A DNA stretch of 64,000 nucleotides from an uncultured Methanosarcinales archaeon (lineage in GTDB: Archaea; Nanobdellota; Nanobdellia; Woesearchaeales; 21-14-0-10-32-9). A model generated the notes under the pieces. The model saw only the letters and a list, made by a program, of their open reading frames with translations. It was not told the origin of the DNA and searched no databases. Both the position numbers and the translations under genes were made by a program. The stretch lies in assembly GCA_964548665.1 (NCBI GenBank), contig CAZJQL010000001.1, forward strand, positions 5,462 through 69,461, given 5' to 3'. Positions 19,517 to 28,043 of this stretch are shown here, piece after piece (position 1 is the first letter of the stretch; each line of letters begins with the position of its first letter).

Positions 19517-21231
19517 TTTGATTCCTCTAATAAGCTGATGGGTTTCTTTTGATATTTTTCTGCTTTCTTCAAGAATAGTTTTGCTTTGGAAGGCTCGTGC
19601 AATGGTTTAATTGCTGCAGCTTTTATTCTCCATGCATCGCTGTTCTTCTCATTAAATCTGATCACTGCGTCGGCATCTTCTATTGCTTTATTCCATTGAT
19701 GCGTATCCAGGAAAGCTCTTGCTCTGTCCAATAAGAATTCTTCTTTTCTCCAGAGTCTTAATGCCTTATCAAAGTAATTCAATGCTTCTTTTGGTTTCTT
19801 TTTAGCTAATAGCACAACTCCTTTTTTATTTAGTACATAAGCATTTTTTGGAAAGAAGGTGTAGGCCAAATCAATAATTTCTTCTGCTGTTTGTATATTA
19901 CCAGAGTTTAAGAAAACAACAGTCTTATTTGACCAACCTAATGAGAAATTCTTGTCTTTTTCTATTGTTTTCTCAAAACACTCCAGAGCTAAATTAAGAT
20001 ATTTTTCTGTATTTTGATATTTTGAATTCTTCTCGTAAATAACTCCCTTGTTGTTTATTGAATTGACATTATCTGGCTCTTTTTTCAGCAGTTCTTCATT
20101 TAGTTTAAAGGCGTTTTTGAGGTCGATAAGTTCAATGTAAACATCTACTTTTAGGCTCTGTAGAACTGCTGATTTATTTACGTGCTCTTCTTTCTCATCA
20201 AGGAATTTCAAAGCTTCTTCTGATCTATCTAATGCTTTTAGTATCTCTGTCTTTGTTTGAATAGCGACAATAAAGATAGGATCAACTTCTAAAGCCTTTT
20301 CTACATAAGGCAGTGCTTCTTCAGGTTCACCTTGCCTATTTAGATTATGAGCCTTATTGTTTAATGCAAATTTATGTTTGGCATCAATTTCAAGAACAGC
20401 ATCATAGCAGACGGTCGACTCGTCAACCTTATCTATTCTTTCAAGAATAAATCCTTTGTTCAATAGTGCTTCTGTATTTTTAGGTGTTATCTCAAGTGAT
20501 TTATCCAAAAACATTAATGCATCGTCTTCTTTTTGTAATGCGAAGAAGAACATGCTCATTTTGGAGTAAACTAAAGCCTTGAGATTTATCTCAGTATCTT
20601 TCATATTGATTAATGCATTCTTGAGCTCTTCAGCAACTTCATGAGGATTATTCAGATTAATAGTTTTTGTAGTATTGAATTGGAATTGAATACCAAATCT
20701 TTTTCCTAAATCAGTAGACTGTTGAATTGCTGTTTCTGGTTTCTTTATATCGATTAATGGCGGAACTTCCTCGTCAGGAAAATACGCTTTGCATATGTCT
20801 GGAATCTCAAAAAGAAGATCTAAGAACTTTGTTCCTGTCCAATCGTTTATTTCGCACCTGTTCTTTTTATTCCAATTATCCATATCATCTTTGCAGTCAG
20901 GGGTTGAATCGGAATTCGATAGTATAAAGAATCTTTTTATTCCTTGATCTTGGGCTTTTTGAACTTCTGTAGAAAATTGTTTAAAATTAACTCCTGCTTT
21001 TTGTCTCTTGCATTGAAACCAGCATTTCTCACGTTTTTCTTCTTTGGCAATTTTTACAATAAACTCGGCTTCTAAGTCTCTGCCACCATCTCCTCCTTTT
21101 CCTCGAGTAATTGGATTAATAAAGTTATTTCTCTTGATGATATCATAGCAAAGATTCTGGAAATCGTCAGGAGATAATTCATTGAGAAGTTTCTTCCATT
21201 CTTCTCTTTTTTTAATCTCTTTTTGCTTCAT
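19513..21231 (-). CDS. Mrr-like restriction endonuclease domain fused to TPR array
   Basis: FQNLC...GDGGRD...QCKR at N-terminus; multiple TPR repeats (ALLNKG, ALNNKA, SINNKG). Confidence 0.8.
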   Translation of the reverse strand: MKQKEIKKREEWKKLLNELSPDDFQNLCYDIIKRNNFINPITRGKGGDGGRDLEAEFIVKIAKEEKREKCWFQCKRQKAGVNFKQFSTEVQKAQDQGIKRFFILSNSDSTPDCKDDMDNWNKKNRCEINDWTGTKFLDLLFEIPDICKAYFPDEEVPPLIDIKKPETAIQQSTDLGKRFGIQFQFNTTKTINLNNPHEVAEELKNALINMKDTEINLKALVYSKMSMFFFALQKEDDALMFLDKSLEITPKNTEALLNKGFILERIDKVDESTVCYDAVLEIDAKHKFALNNKAHNLNRQGEPEEALPYVEKALEVDPIFIVAIQTKTEILKALDRSEEALKFLDEKEEHVNKSAVLQSLKVDVYIELIDLKNAFKLNEELLKKEPDNVNSINNKGVIYEKNSKYQNTEKYLNLALECFEKTIEKDKNFSLGWSNKTVVFLNSGNIQTAEEIIDLAYTFFPKNAYVLNKKGVVLLAKKKPKEALNYFDKALRLWRKEEFLLDRARAFLDTHQWNKAIEDADAVIRFNEKNSDAWRIKAAAIKPLHEPSKAKLFLKKAEKYQKKPISLLEESK

Positions 21232-21232
21232 A

Positions 21233-22150
21233 TTAACATAACCTCTCCACCCAGAATTTAGCTTCACTTATTAGTTGTTTTGAGATTTCTTCAGAATTAT
21301 CAAAATAAGACGATAAAGCTGTTGTAATATTGCTTAACATGGAATCAGTTGCCAAATCTTTTAATGAAGGATTCTTTAAGGTATCTTCTATTTTTTGTTG
21401 ATTATCATGTATTTTTTTAAGATCTTTATCATTCATAAATCGTGATGCCAGAAATCCTATGTCTCCTGCAATGATAGGATCGACAATAGAAATCTGGCTT
21501 AAGGCTAATGCTTCTGAAATAGTCTGTATTGAGAATATATCCTCTATTTCCAGAACTTCTCCTATCGTTTTGTAGTTAGTTTCATAATCATAATCCTTTT
21601 TCCAATAGATATTCTTTAGGTCAATAACTGCAAGAAGACTTATTATGCATTTAGCGTTTTGATATTTCGAATATATCTCTTTTTCAAACCACTCCTCAAG
21701 ATCTTTTCGTGTGCTTAGATTTTTCGGCACTTTAGATGGCGGAATTATGCTTAATGCTCCACCAAGATTCTTAGATCCATAATTTTTCTCTATTTCTGTC
21801 TTTATGAATTTGAAATTCTTGCCATCAACTTTCTGATTGGCATATTGAAAAATGATTATAGGAAGAGGTTTTGAATATTTTTTAACTAAATTCTCTTTAG
21901 ATATTCCTTTTCTTTTTAAGGAAGTTATGACATAGCTATAATCTTTTTCAGTCTTCTCTTTGTCACTCAATGCTTCCTCTATTTTTTTATTCTTCGTCTC
22001 TACATCTTGTTTAAGATTCCTATTTTCTTCAATTAATAAGTCAATAAAACTCTGGTTTTGTATTTCTTGTTTTTTCTTTTTACTAAAAATTGAGATAATC
22101 TTATCTAGGACTTTACTTACAAACCACCCTATTATTGATTCTAACCACAT
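21233..22150 (-). CDS. Hypothetical protein (amphipathic N-terminus, coiled coil, unknown globular domain)
   Basis: Long ORF tightly packed between hsdM and Mrr-TPR. Confidence 0.7.
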   Translation of the reverse strand: MWLESIIGWFVSKVLDKIISIFSKKKKQEIQNQSFIDLLIEENRNLKQDVETKNKKIEEALSDKEKTEKDYSYVITSLKRKGISKENLVKKYSKPLPIIIFQYANQKVDGKNFKFIKTEIEKNYGSKNLGGALSIIPPSKVPKNLSTRKDLEEWFEKEIYSKYQNAKCIISLLAVIDLKNIYWKKDYDYETNYKTIGEVLEIEDIFSIQTISEALALSQISIVDPIIAGDIGFLASRFMNDKDLKKIHDNQQKIEDTLKNPSLKDLATDSMLSNITTALSSYFDNSEEISKQLISEAKFWVERLC

Positions 22151-22151
22151 C

Positions 22152-23669
22152 CTATTCAAACCCCATCTGCTCTAGGATTTTCTTGAGTTTTTCGTCAGCT
22201 TGTTTTCTTTCTTCTTCTGCTTCTCTTAACTGAACATATGCATCTTCAAGATCAAGTGTTTCATCAGTGCCATTCTGTGCAACGTATCGTGATGGAGAAA
22301 GGTTGTAGTCGTTCTTTGTTATTTCTTCAGCAGTCACTATTTTGCTTACTCCTTCCTCTTCTTTCCATTTCAAGTAGATTGATGCAATCTTGTCTACTGC
22401 TGAATCTGGCATGAAATTCTTTGGCCTTCCTTTCTCAAATAGCTTAGAGCCATTAATCAATAGAACTTTATTCTTGTGTTTCTTATCTTTATTTATGATA
22501 AGAATTATTCCTGGAGCAGTTGTATTATAGAATAGGTTTTCAGGCAATAATAGAACGGCTTCAATTATATCTGCTTCTATGAACTTCTTTCTTATGTCTC
22601 TTTCTCTGTTTGATCCTGCATTTCCTGAGCCACGAGATACTGCCCCTGTGTCTAAGACTACTGCTATTCTTCCTTTATTCTTTAGGGAAGCGAGCATATG
22701 TTGGACCCAACCCCAGTCTGCACTTGACGTTGTTGGATATCCGTAAATGAATCTTCCATATGCATCATTTTCGTAAGTGCTTTGAGGAAAACTGTCTTGA
22801 TTCCACATTGGATTAGCAACGACAATATCGAATTTACGCAAGTGACTGTCTGCTGTTGTGAATGCTGGCCTATTCATTGTGTCGCCAAGAGCTATATCTG
22901 CTTCCATATCGTGAATAAATGCATTCATTTTAGCCATAGCATAAGTTGTATGTAGGCTTTCTTGACCAAAGAATTTCAATGGTTTTACTTTTGTGTTGTC
23001 TCCATGTTTCTCTCTGAATCTCAAGAAACTCTTAATCAATAGTCCGCCTGATCCTAAGCAGGGATCGTATATTTCCTCTCCTTCTTTTGGGTCGAGAATG
23101 TGTGCCATAAGTATTCCTACTTCTTTTGGCGTATAGAATTCTCCTGCACTTTGCCCTGATCCTTCTGCGAATTTTCTTAAGAGGTACTCGTATGCTCTTC
23201 CTATTAAGTCTGGCTCAACATCTTTCTGACCAAGCCTATGTTTGTTTAATGTATCAATTAATGCTTTGATTTTATCGTCTGTGATTATTCTTTGGCCTGC
23301 AGCTGTTGCGTTGAAATCAACTATGTCTATGACTCCTTGCAGTTTAGGGTTTTCTCTTGCTATTGCTCTGACTGCGTCAGTAAGGTATTCTCCGAGTCTT
23401 GTGCTTTGTTTTATTATGTTTGACCATCTTGCATTTTCAGGAAGATAGAATCTTACGAGTGTGTGATCTTCTTCAACGAATTCTTTTGCAGTCTTTATGT
23501 CTTCATATTCTTCTGATAATTTTTGTATTTCATCGTCGAATACATCGCCAAGTCTTTTCAAGAATATAAGTGGTAAGATATAGTCTTTGTATTTTGGTGC
23601 GTCTATTTCCCCTCTGATTTTACACGCTGCTTCCCAGAGCCATCCTTCGAGTGTTTTGATATCTAGCAT
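22152..23669 (-). CDS. hsdM: Type I R-M methyltransferase
   Basis: GEFYTP, DPCLGSGG SAM motif, NPMW catalytic motif. Confidence 0.95.
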   Translation of the reverse strand: MLDIKTLEGWLWEAACKIRGEIDAPKYKDYILPLIFLKRLGDVFDDEIQKLSEEYEDIKTAKEFVEEDHTLVRFYLPENARWSNIIKQSTRLGEYLTDAVRAIARENPKLQGVIDIVDFNATAAGQRIITDDKIKALIDTLNKHRLGQKDVEPDLIGRAYEYLLRKFAEGSGQSAGEFYTPKEVGILMAHILDPKEGEEIYDPCLGSGGLLIKSFLRFREKHGDNTKVKPLKFFGQESLHTTYAMAKMNAFIHDMEADIALGDTMNRPAFTTADSHLRKFDIVVANPMWNQDSFPQSTYENDAYGRFIYGYPTTSSADWGWVQHMLASLKNKGRIAVVLDTGAVSRGSGNAGSNRERDIRKKFIEADIIEAVLLLPENLFYNTTAPGIILIINKDKKHKNKVLLINGSKLFEKGRPKNFMPDSAVDKIASIYLKWKEEEGVSKIVTAEEITKNDYNLSPSRYVAQNGTDETLDLEDAYVQLREAEEERKQADEKLKKILEQMGFE

Positions 23670-23681
23670 TTTGATTTACCC

Positions 23682-23819
23682 CTATTTCTTTTTGCGAAGA
23701 TCTTCTTCCATGAGTTTTTCGAATTGTCTTGAAACTATCCATCCTTCTTTTTTACAGAGCTCTCTGTATTTCTCATATAATTCAGAGTTTACCTTCAACG
23801 TGATGTTCTTTGTACTCAT
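23682..23819 (-). CDS. Small ribbon-helix-helix protein, 45 aa (MSTKNITLKVNSELYEKYRELCKKEGWIVSRQFEKLMEEDLRKKK)
   Basis: Read manually; beta-strand KNITLKV plus two helices; GAGGGGG SD; directly upstream of hsdM. Confidence 0.7.
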   Translation of the reverse strand: MSTKNITLKVNSELYEKYRELCKKEGWIVSRQFEKLMEEDLRKKK

Positions 23820-23843
23820 AAAACAACCCCCTCACTGGACATT

Positions 23844-23878
23844 TACACGCACATACTTATAAATGTTGCTATCGTGTA
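23844..23878 (-). promoter_or_regulatory. TATA box flanked by TACACG/CGTGTA inverted repeat
   Basis: TACACG 23844-23849, TTTATAAG on minus strand, CGTGTA 23873-23878. Confidence 0.4.
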
Positions 23879-23968
23879 GAACACATTTCAGAATAAGTCA
23901 GGATTTACTTACCAAAAAGTGTCAATATTTAAGAAAATTTATAGAAGTCATAAGCAAAACATAGGACT

Positions 23969-24460
23969 TTATTCTCTTTTAGGTCCTTTCATTATTGCAT
24001 TACACCCATCACAAACTGGGGCTTGCTTAATTGCTACACTGACTGGAATCAGTTCTCTTTTATTACACCTAACGCATAGGCGATTAATAAGCGATGGATC
24101 TGGAGATCTGCTTTTAGGGAATACCTCATTCATTAATTCAAACGCTTTATCTTTGAAGAATGCATTAAAGCTTGTATGTATGGTTTTTTGTGTTTTATAA
24201 TTGCTCATTGAATCGGTTAGGTTCAAACACATTGGCTTTTTCTCGGCATAGAGTTCTGGCCAGTTCTCACGAAATTTGACATCATCTTCAGCATAAAAGA
24301 CACGAATTAAATCGCTCTCTTTCAATTTTATCGCAGTAGTTTCATCAGTTTTTGATAAATCAATGATTTGCAAGACTGCAATCTCTTTGAATATATTCAA
24401 AACATATCTTATGTGTTCTTCGTTCTTCCCGCCAATAATGGTTATTTTCTCGCTTAACAT
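23969..24460 (-). CDS. Hypothetical protein with C-terminal zinc ribbon
   Basis: CVRC...CDGC; 1-nt gap after ligase stop. Confidence 0.65.
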   Translation of the reverse strand: MLSEKITIIGGKNEEHIRYVLNIFKEIAVLQIIDLSKTDETTAIKLKESDLIRVFYAEDDVKFRENWPELYAEKKPMCLNLTDSMSNYKTQKTIHTSFNAFFKDKAFELMNEVFPKSRSPDPSLINRLCVRCNKRELIPVSVAIKQAPVCDGCNAIMKGPKRE

Positions 24461-24461
24461 T

Positions 24462-25259
24462 TTATTTGTCCTCCCTCACTCTTATTATTCTCGGAAATCT
24501 TAGTTTCTCAAAATCTCCTTTATTGAAAGATAGCTCAATTGTTGAGCCTATAGAATAATCTGCAGAGCTCATCACAGTCCCTGTTTTCTCGTTTTCTGAA
24601 ATATACTTGTAAACCCATGCTTTGTTGTCTTTTGTCTGTTTTTTCTCTATGATCTTGACGTCAATTGTTCGAATGGGTTTCATTTTAATCCAATTGAAGC
24701 GAGAATTTGGCTTGTAGCTTTCAAGATTCTTTATTACAATACCTTCAAATCCCGATTCTATAAGTTTCTTGTAAAGTCTTTCAACGTCGACGATTGTATT
24801 TGTAAATGTGTTTGGAACAATGTTTAAGCTATCATTCTCCTGGACAAAGAAATTGATGTGCTGTCTTCTTGTTACATAATCGGATTCAATCAAGCTGTTG
24901 CTATCAACTTCTAAGATGTCAAAAACAAAGAAGACAAATCTTTCATCGGAAAACAATTCTTTGGCAATTGCACGATGAGAACCTACAACTTTTCCTTTCT
25001 TTAATACGGCCATTTCACCATCAAGAATAATTCTTTCTGGAAGTATCCCCTTTCTAAGATCTTCTGCAATGGACTTATATCTGCTTGAATAATCCTTGCC
25101 ATTACGTGTAATGAGCTTTATTTCTGTTCCATTCTTTTCAAGAAGAATCCTTACCCCATCTATCTTAGGCTCTAAAGCAACAGCATCATTATTGTAGATA
25201 AAAGTTTCCACCTCTCCCTCTCCAACAAGCTGTGGCTTAAAGCTCGTCACATTTATCAT
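24462..25259 (-). CDS. Minimal ATP-dependent DNA ligase
   Basis: Motifs EPKIDG, LDGE, FFVFDIL, EGIVIK, WIKMKP, LRFPR..RVREDK; no N-terminal DNA-binding domain. Confidence 0.9.
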   Translation of the reverse strand: MINVTSFKPQLVGEGEVETFIYNNDAVALEPKIDGVRILLEKNGTEIKLITRNGKDYSSRYKSIAEDLRKGILPERIILDGEMAVLKKGKVVGSHRAIAKELFSDERFVFFVFDILEVDSNSLIESDYVTRRQHINFFVQENDSLNIVPNTFTNTIVDVERLYKKLIESGFEGIVIKNLESYKPNSRFNWIKMKPIRTIDVKIIEKKQTKDNKAWVYKYISENEKTGTVMSSADYSIGSTIELSFNKGDFEKLRFPRIIRVREDK

Positions 25260-25596
25260 CCTTCCTTACCTCCGACAAATCTGCATTTAATCTCTTGATG
25301 ACCCAACATCCTTGACCTTTAGAACTATGAGAACTCTTGAAGTATACCGCGAGAAGAGGAACAATATTGAACTCAATAGCCTTCTCAATTATTCCATGAA
25401 GGCCAGTCATTCTATAAACTACTTCTCGAGTACTTTTGACTTCCACCAAGAAAACCTCTTTTTTAGAGAATAATACTGCATCGCAGACAGAATATTGCCT
25501 TCTACCAGAAGCTGCAACTCTTTCTGTATGATATCCTTTATCTTTCATCATGTTGCAGAAGTCCCGTTCATATTGGAGATGACTTTTCAATCTCAT
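25237..25596 (-). CDS. Holliday junction resolvase, Hjc/Hje-like
   Basis: YER.....KGY...R.AASG....D.V.......LVEVKS. Confidence 0.85.
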   Translation of the reverse strand: MRLKSHLQYERDFCNMMKDKGYHTERVAASGRRQYSVCDAVLFSKKEVFLVEVKSTREVVYRMTGLHGIIEKAIEFNIVPLLAVYFKSSHSSKGQGCWVIKRLNADLSEVRKDDKCDEL

Positions 25597-27115
25597 CAGA
25601 GATCACCTCCAATTCTTGCTCTGCAATCTCGCCAATCAGTTTAGCAATAGAAGATTTTCCGAGAACAACATCTTCGTGGCCTTTGTATTTTTCAAAGAGT
25701 TCTGTAAATCTTCTGAGTCTATCAAGCTCTAAATCCTTGTCAAACTTTATTCCTGCCTTATTGCAGAATGCTCTAAGAATATCAACTTTCTTCATCCATA
25801 AACAAAGAACACCTGCATGTTTTGCCCATTCGAAAAGCTGTTGTCCATTTGGATGATTCATAATCAAAACAGGCATTAATCTATGAGTTCCTGGAATAGG
25901 TTTCATGTCAAGAGATCTTCCATGAGACAAGCATCCAATCATAGAAGTGATGTATTTCTTTCCTGCACTTCCGAGATATTTTCCTTTCTTATCCCTCTTG
26001 ATTGAAACAGCAAATCCAAATATAGGAACTTTCAGCAATTGATCATAACAGAAAATCAAATAGTCTATTGGCTCAGAATCAAACCTCCAAACATCAACAA
26101 GCCTCTGCTCTTTCTCATTAGTATATCTCTTAATGTCGTTTGGATTAAACCAAGAAGGAATCCTCTTTGGAAAGTCCTTATTGAGTCGAATCTGCAGATT
26201 ATATCTCGAGATGAGATACATTACAAAGTAGAATATGGCTTGTTCTTCGAATCCATTTCCGAGAGTGGTCACATCCAATATACTTTTTACAACTTCTTCC
26301 TTATGCAGTTTAGGAGCCTGTTCGAGAACATAACTTTCAGGCATTGTTCTGTTGAAATAGTATCTTCTCTGCTTGAATGATACAACCTTAATCCAGCCGA
26401 CGCTGATAAACCTTACATCAAACCAACTTTTTATATCGCCATTAGTTACTTTGAATCGGTCCTTCATCATGTCAATATTATAGATATCATTGGACTGAGA
26501 AATGAGCAGGAAAGCACTTCTTACCTCTTTAGGCATAAGCTTCAAGATCTTATTATAGATGGCCAAATCATCTTTTCCGTAGACGTAGCCTGGTTTTCTG
26601 CCATGAATCATAGCATTGCCTGGCATCATAAAAGGACTTCTTTTGATGAGCTGCAACCTGATAAGATCATTCAGGCAGAAGTAAACATGATCATAATTCC
26701 CGTATTCCTTATAATACTCTTTTTCCCTCAATAAATAGAGAACTTCAGCAGTCGTATAGCCTTCTTCTGAAGACATCAACGCATCAAAGATTTCTTTTTT
26801 AATGCCTTGCAAGAACTCTTTCTCATCAGTTTTGCTATTTAGCTTCTGAATCTTCTGGTTGATATCATCCTGGCTCATGCCGTAAACAAAGACAGAACTG
26901 CACTTCCTGGCACTGCTCTGAGCCTTTTTCCTGCTCTTGATGATAAGATTGCCCTGCATGATCTGACGCAGGTAAGAAGAGATGTGGCAGTACCTGATGC
27001 CTCTGTCTTTGAAGGCGTCAAAAATCTCTTTTGTAGTAACTGCCCGTCTTTCCGTTATGAACTTATAAATCTGGAAAGTGATACTATTTTTGTCAAAAGT
27101 GATTTTATCGGCCAA
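25568..27115 (-). CDS. Multi-winged-helix protein with C-terminal PD-(D/E)xK-like domain
   Basis: TTG start with GGAGGT SD; repeated wHTH-like units; LGNGFEE...PID...VSIK. Confidence 0.6.
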   Translation of the reverse strand: MADKITFDKNSITFQIYKFITERRAVTTKEIFDAFKDRGIRYCHISSYLRQIMQGNLIIKSRKKAQSSARKCSSVFVYGMSQDDINQKIQKLNSKTDEKEFLQGIKKEIFDALMSSEEGYTTAEVLYLLREKEYYKEYGNYDHVYFCLNDLIRLQLIKRSPFMMPGNAMIHGRKPGYVYGKDDLAIYNKILKLMPKEVRSAFLLISQSNDIYNIDMMKDRFKVTNGDIKSWFDVRFISVGWIKVVSFKQRRYYFNRTMPESYVLEQAPKLHKEEVVKSILDVTTLGNGFEEQAIFYFVMYLISRYNLQIRLNKDFPKRIPSWFNPNDIKRYTNEKEQRLVDVWRFDSEPIDYLIFCYDQLLKVPIFGFAVSIKRDKKGKYLGSAGKKYITSMIGCLSHGRSLDMKPIPGTHRLMPVLIMNHPNGQQLFEWAKHAGVLCLWMKKVDILRAFCNKAGIKFDKDLELDRLRRFTELFEKYKGHEDVVLGKSSIAKLIGEIAEQELEVISDEIEKSSPI

Positions 27116-27130
27116 CGTCTATACCTCCAG

Positions 27131-27192
27131 AATTAGTAAGGAATAACCAATATAAAGCCCTAATTGGTAAGAAATATAGTAAGCTTAGTAAG
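27131..27192. repeat. Four short direct repeats (T[A/G]GTAAG) upstream of the wHTH gene
   Basis: AATTAGTAAG 27131, AATTGGTAAG 27162, TAGTAAG 27177, TTAGTAAG 27185. Confidence 0.55.
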
Positions 27193-27229
27193 AAAAGAAT
27201 AGAAAAAGAATTATAACAGGAAAACGCCC

Positions 27230-27247
27230 TAAATACCGAAGTATTTA
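27230..27247 (-). terminator. Hairpin with C(UUCG)G loop starting at the PCNA stop codon
   Basis: Minus strand TAAATAC-TTCG-GTATTTA, perfect 7-bp stem. Confidence 0.35.
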
Positions 27248-27982
27248 ATCGTTATCGACTCTTGGTGCTAATATGAATTGTAGGCTTAACTTATCTTTTT
27301 CTAGGTATTCCAGAATTAAAGGATAGTCGTTGCTGAATTTTATTGTTGCTTTTGTTGCTAATTTTGATCCTTGCATCATTTTTTTTAGGTATTCTATTGA
27401 GTATTTGGATTTTTGTGTTGCTTCTGTTTCTATTTTCACTTGTTCATCTGGTTTTATTATTACTTCTGCTCTGTTTAGATCGCCTATCGAGGATATTATT
27501 AAAGATTCTTTGTCTGATTGTAGTATTACGCTTTCACCTACTATGTCCATGTCTTCTATTGCTTCGTTTAGAGTTGAGGACAATAGTTCTATTTTTGCTT
27601 TGGTTGTTAGTTGGGGTATTCTTTGTTGTCTTTCCTCTAAGTCTATTAGTGGAAGATAGAATGTTCTTGTTGTTTTTTCTTTCATAACTATTTTTAATTT
27701 ATTTTCTGTTTTTTCTATTGTGAGTTTGTCTGTAGGTTTTGTTCTTCTTAGTACTTGTTTTAGGTTATCTAGGTTTATTGCTATTGTTGTGTCTTCTTTT
27801 AATTCATATTCTGAGAACATTGTTGCTGGCATTTTGAATATTACCATTGCAACATTTGCAGGATCCATTGCGATTATTTCTATTTGATCTGGCGTTATTT
27901 TGAATTTTGTTTCTTTTACTAATTCGGAGATTATTGCTATGCTTTCTTTTAGAAATTTTGGTTCTGATAGGGTTAATTTCAT
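27245..27982 (-). CDS. pcn: DNA polymerase sliding clamp PCNA
   Basis: AMDPANVAMV, YSIEYL, DYPL, FILAPRV. Confidence 0.97.
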   Translation of the reverse strand: MKLTLSEPKFLKESIAIISELVKETKFKITPDQIEIIAMDPANVAMVIFKMPATMFSEYELKEDTTIAINLDNLKQVLRRTKPTDKLTIEKTENKLKIVMKEKTTRTFYLPLIDLEERQQRIPQLTTKAKIELLSSTLNEAIEDMDIVGESVILQSDKESLIISSIGDLNRAEVIIKPDEQVKIETEATQKSKYSIEYLKKMMQGSKLATKATIKFSNDYPLILEYLEKDKLSLQFILAPRVDND

Positions 27983-28043
27983 TTATATCCTCCCTTTTTC
28001 TCTTGAAAAGGAACTTTATTTATATAGTTTTCTTTGATTTCGT

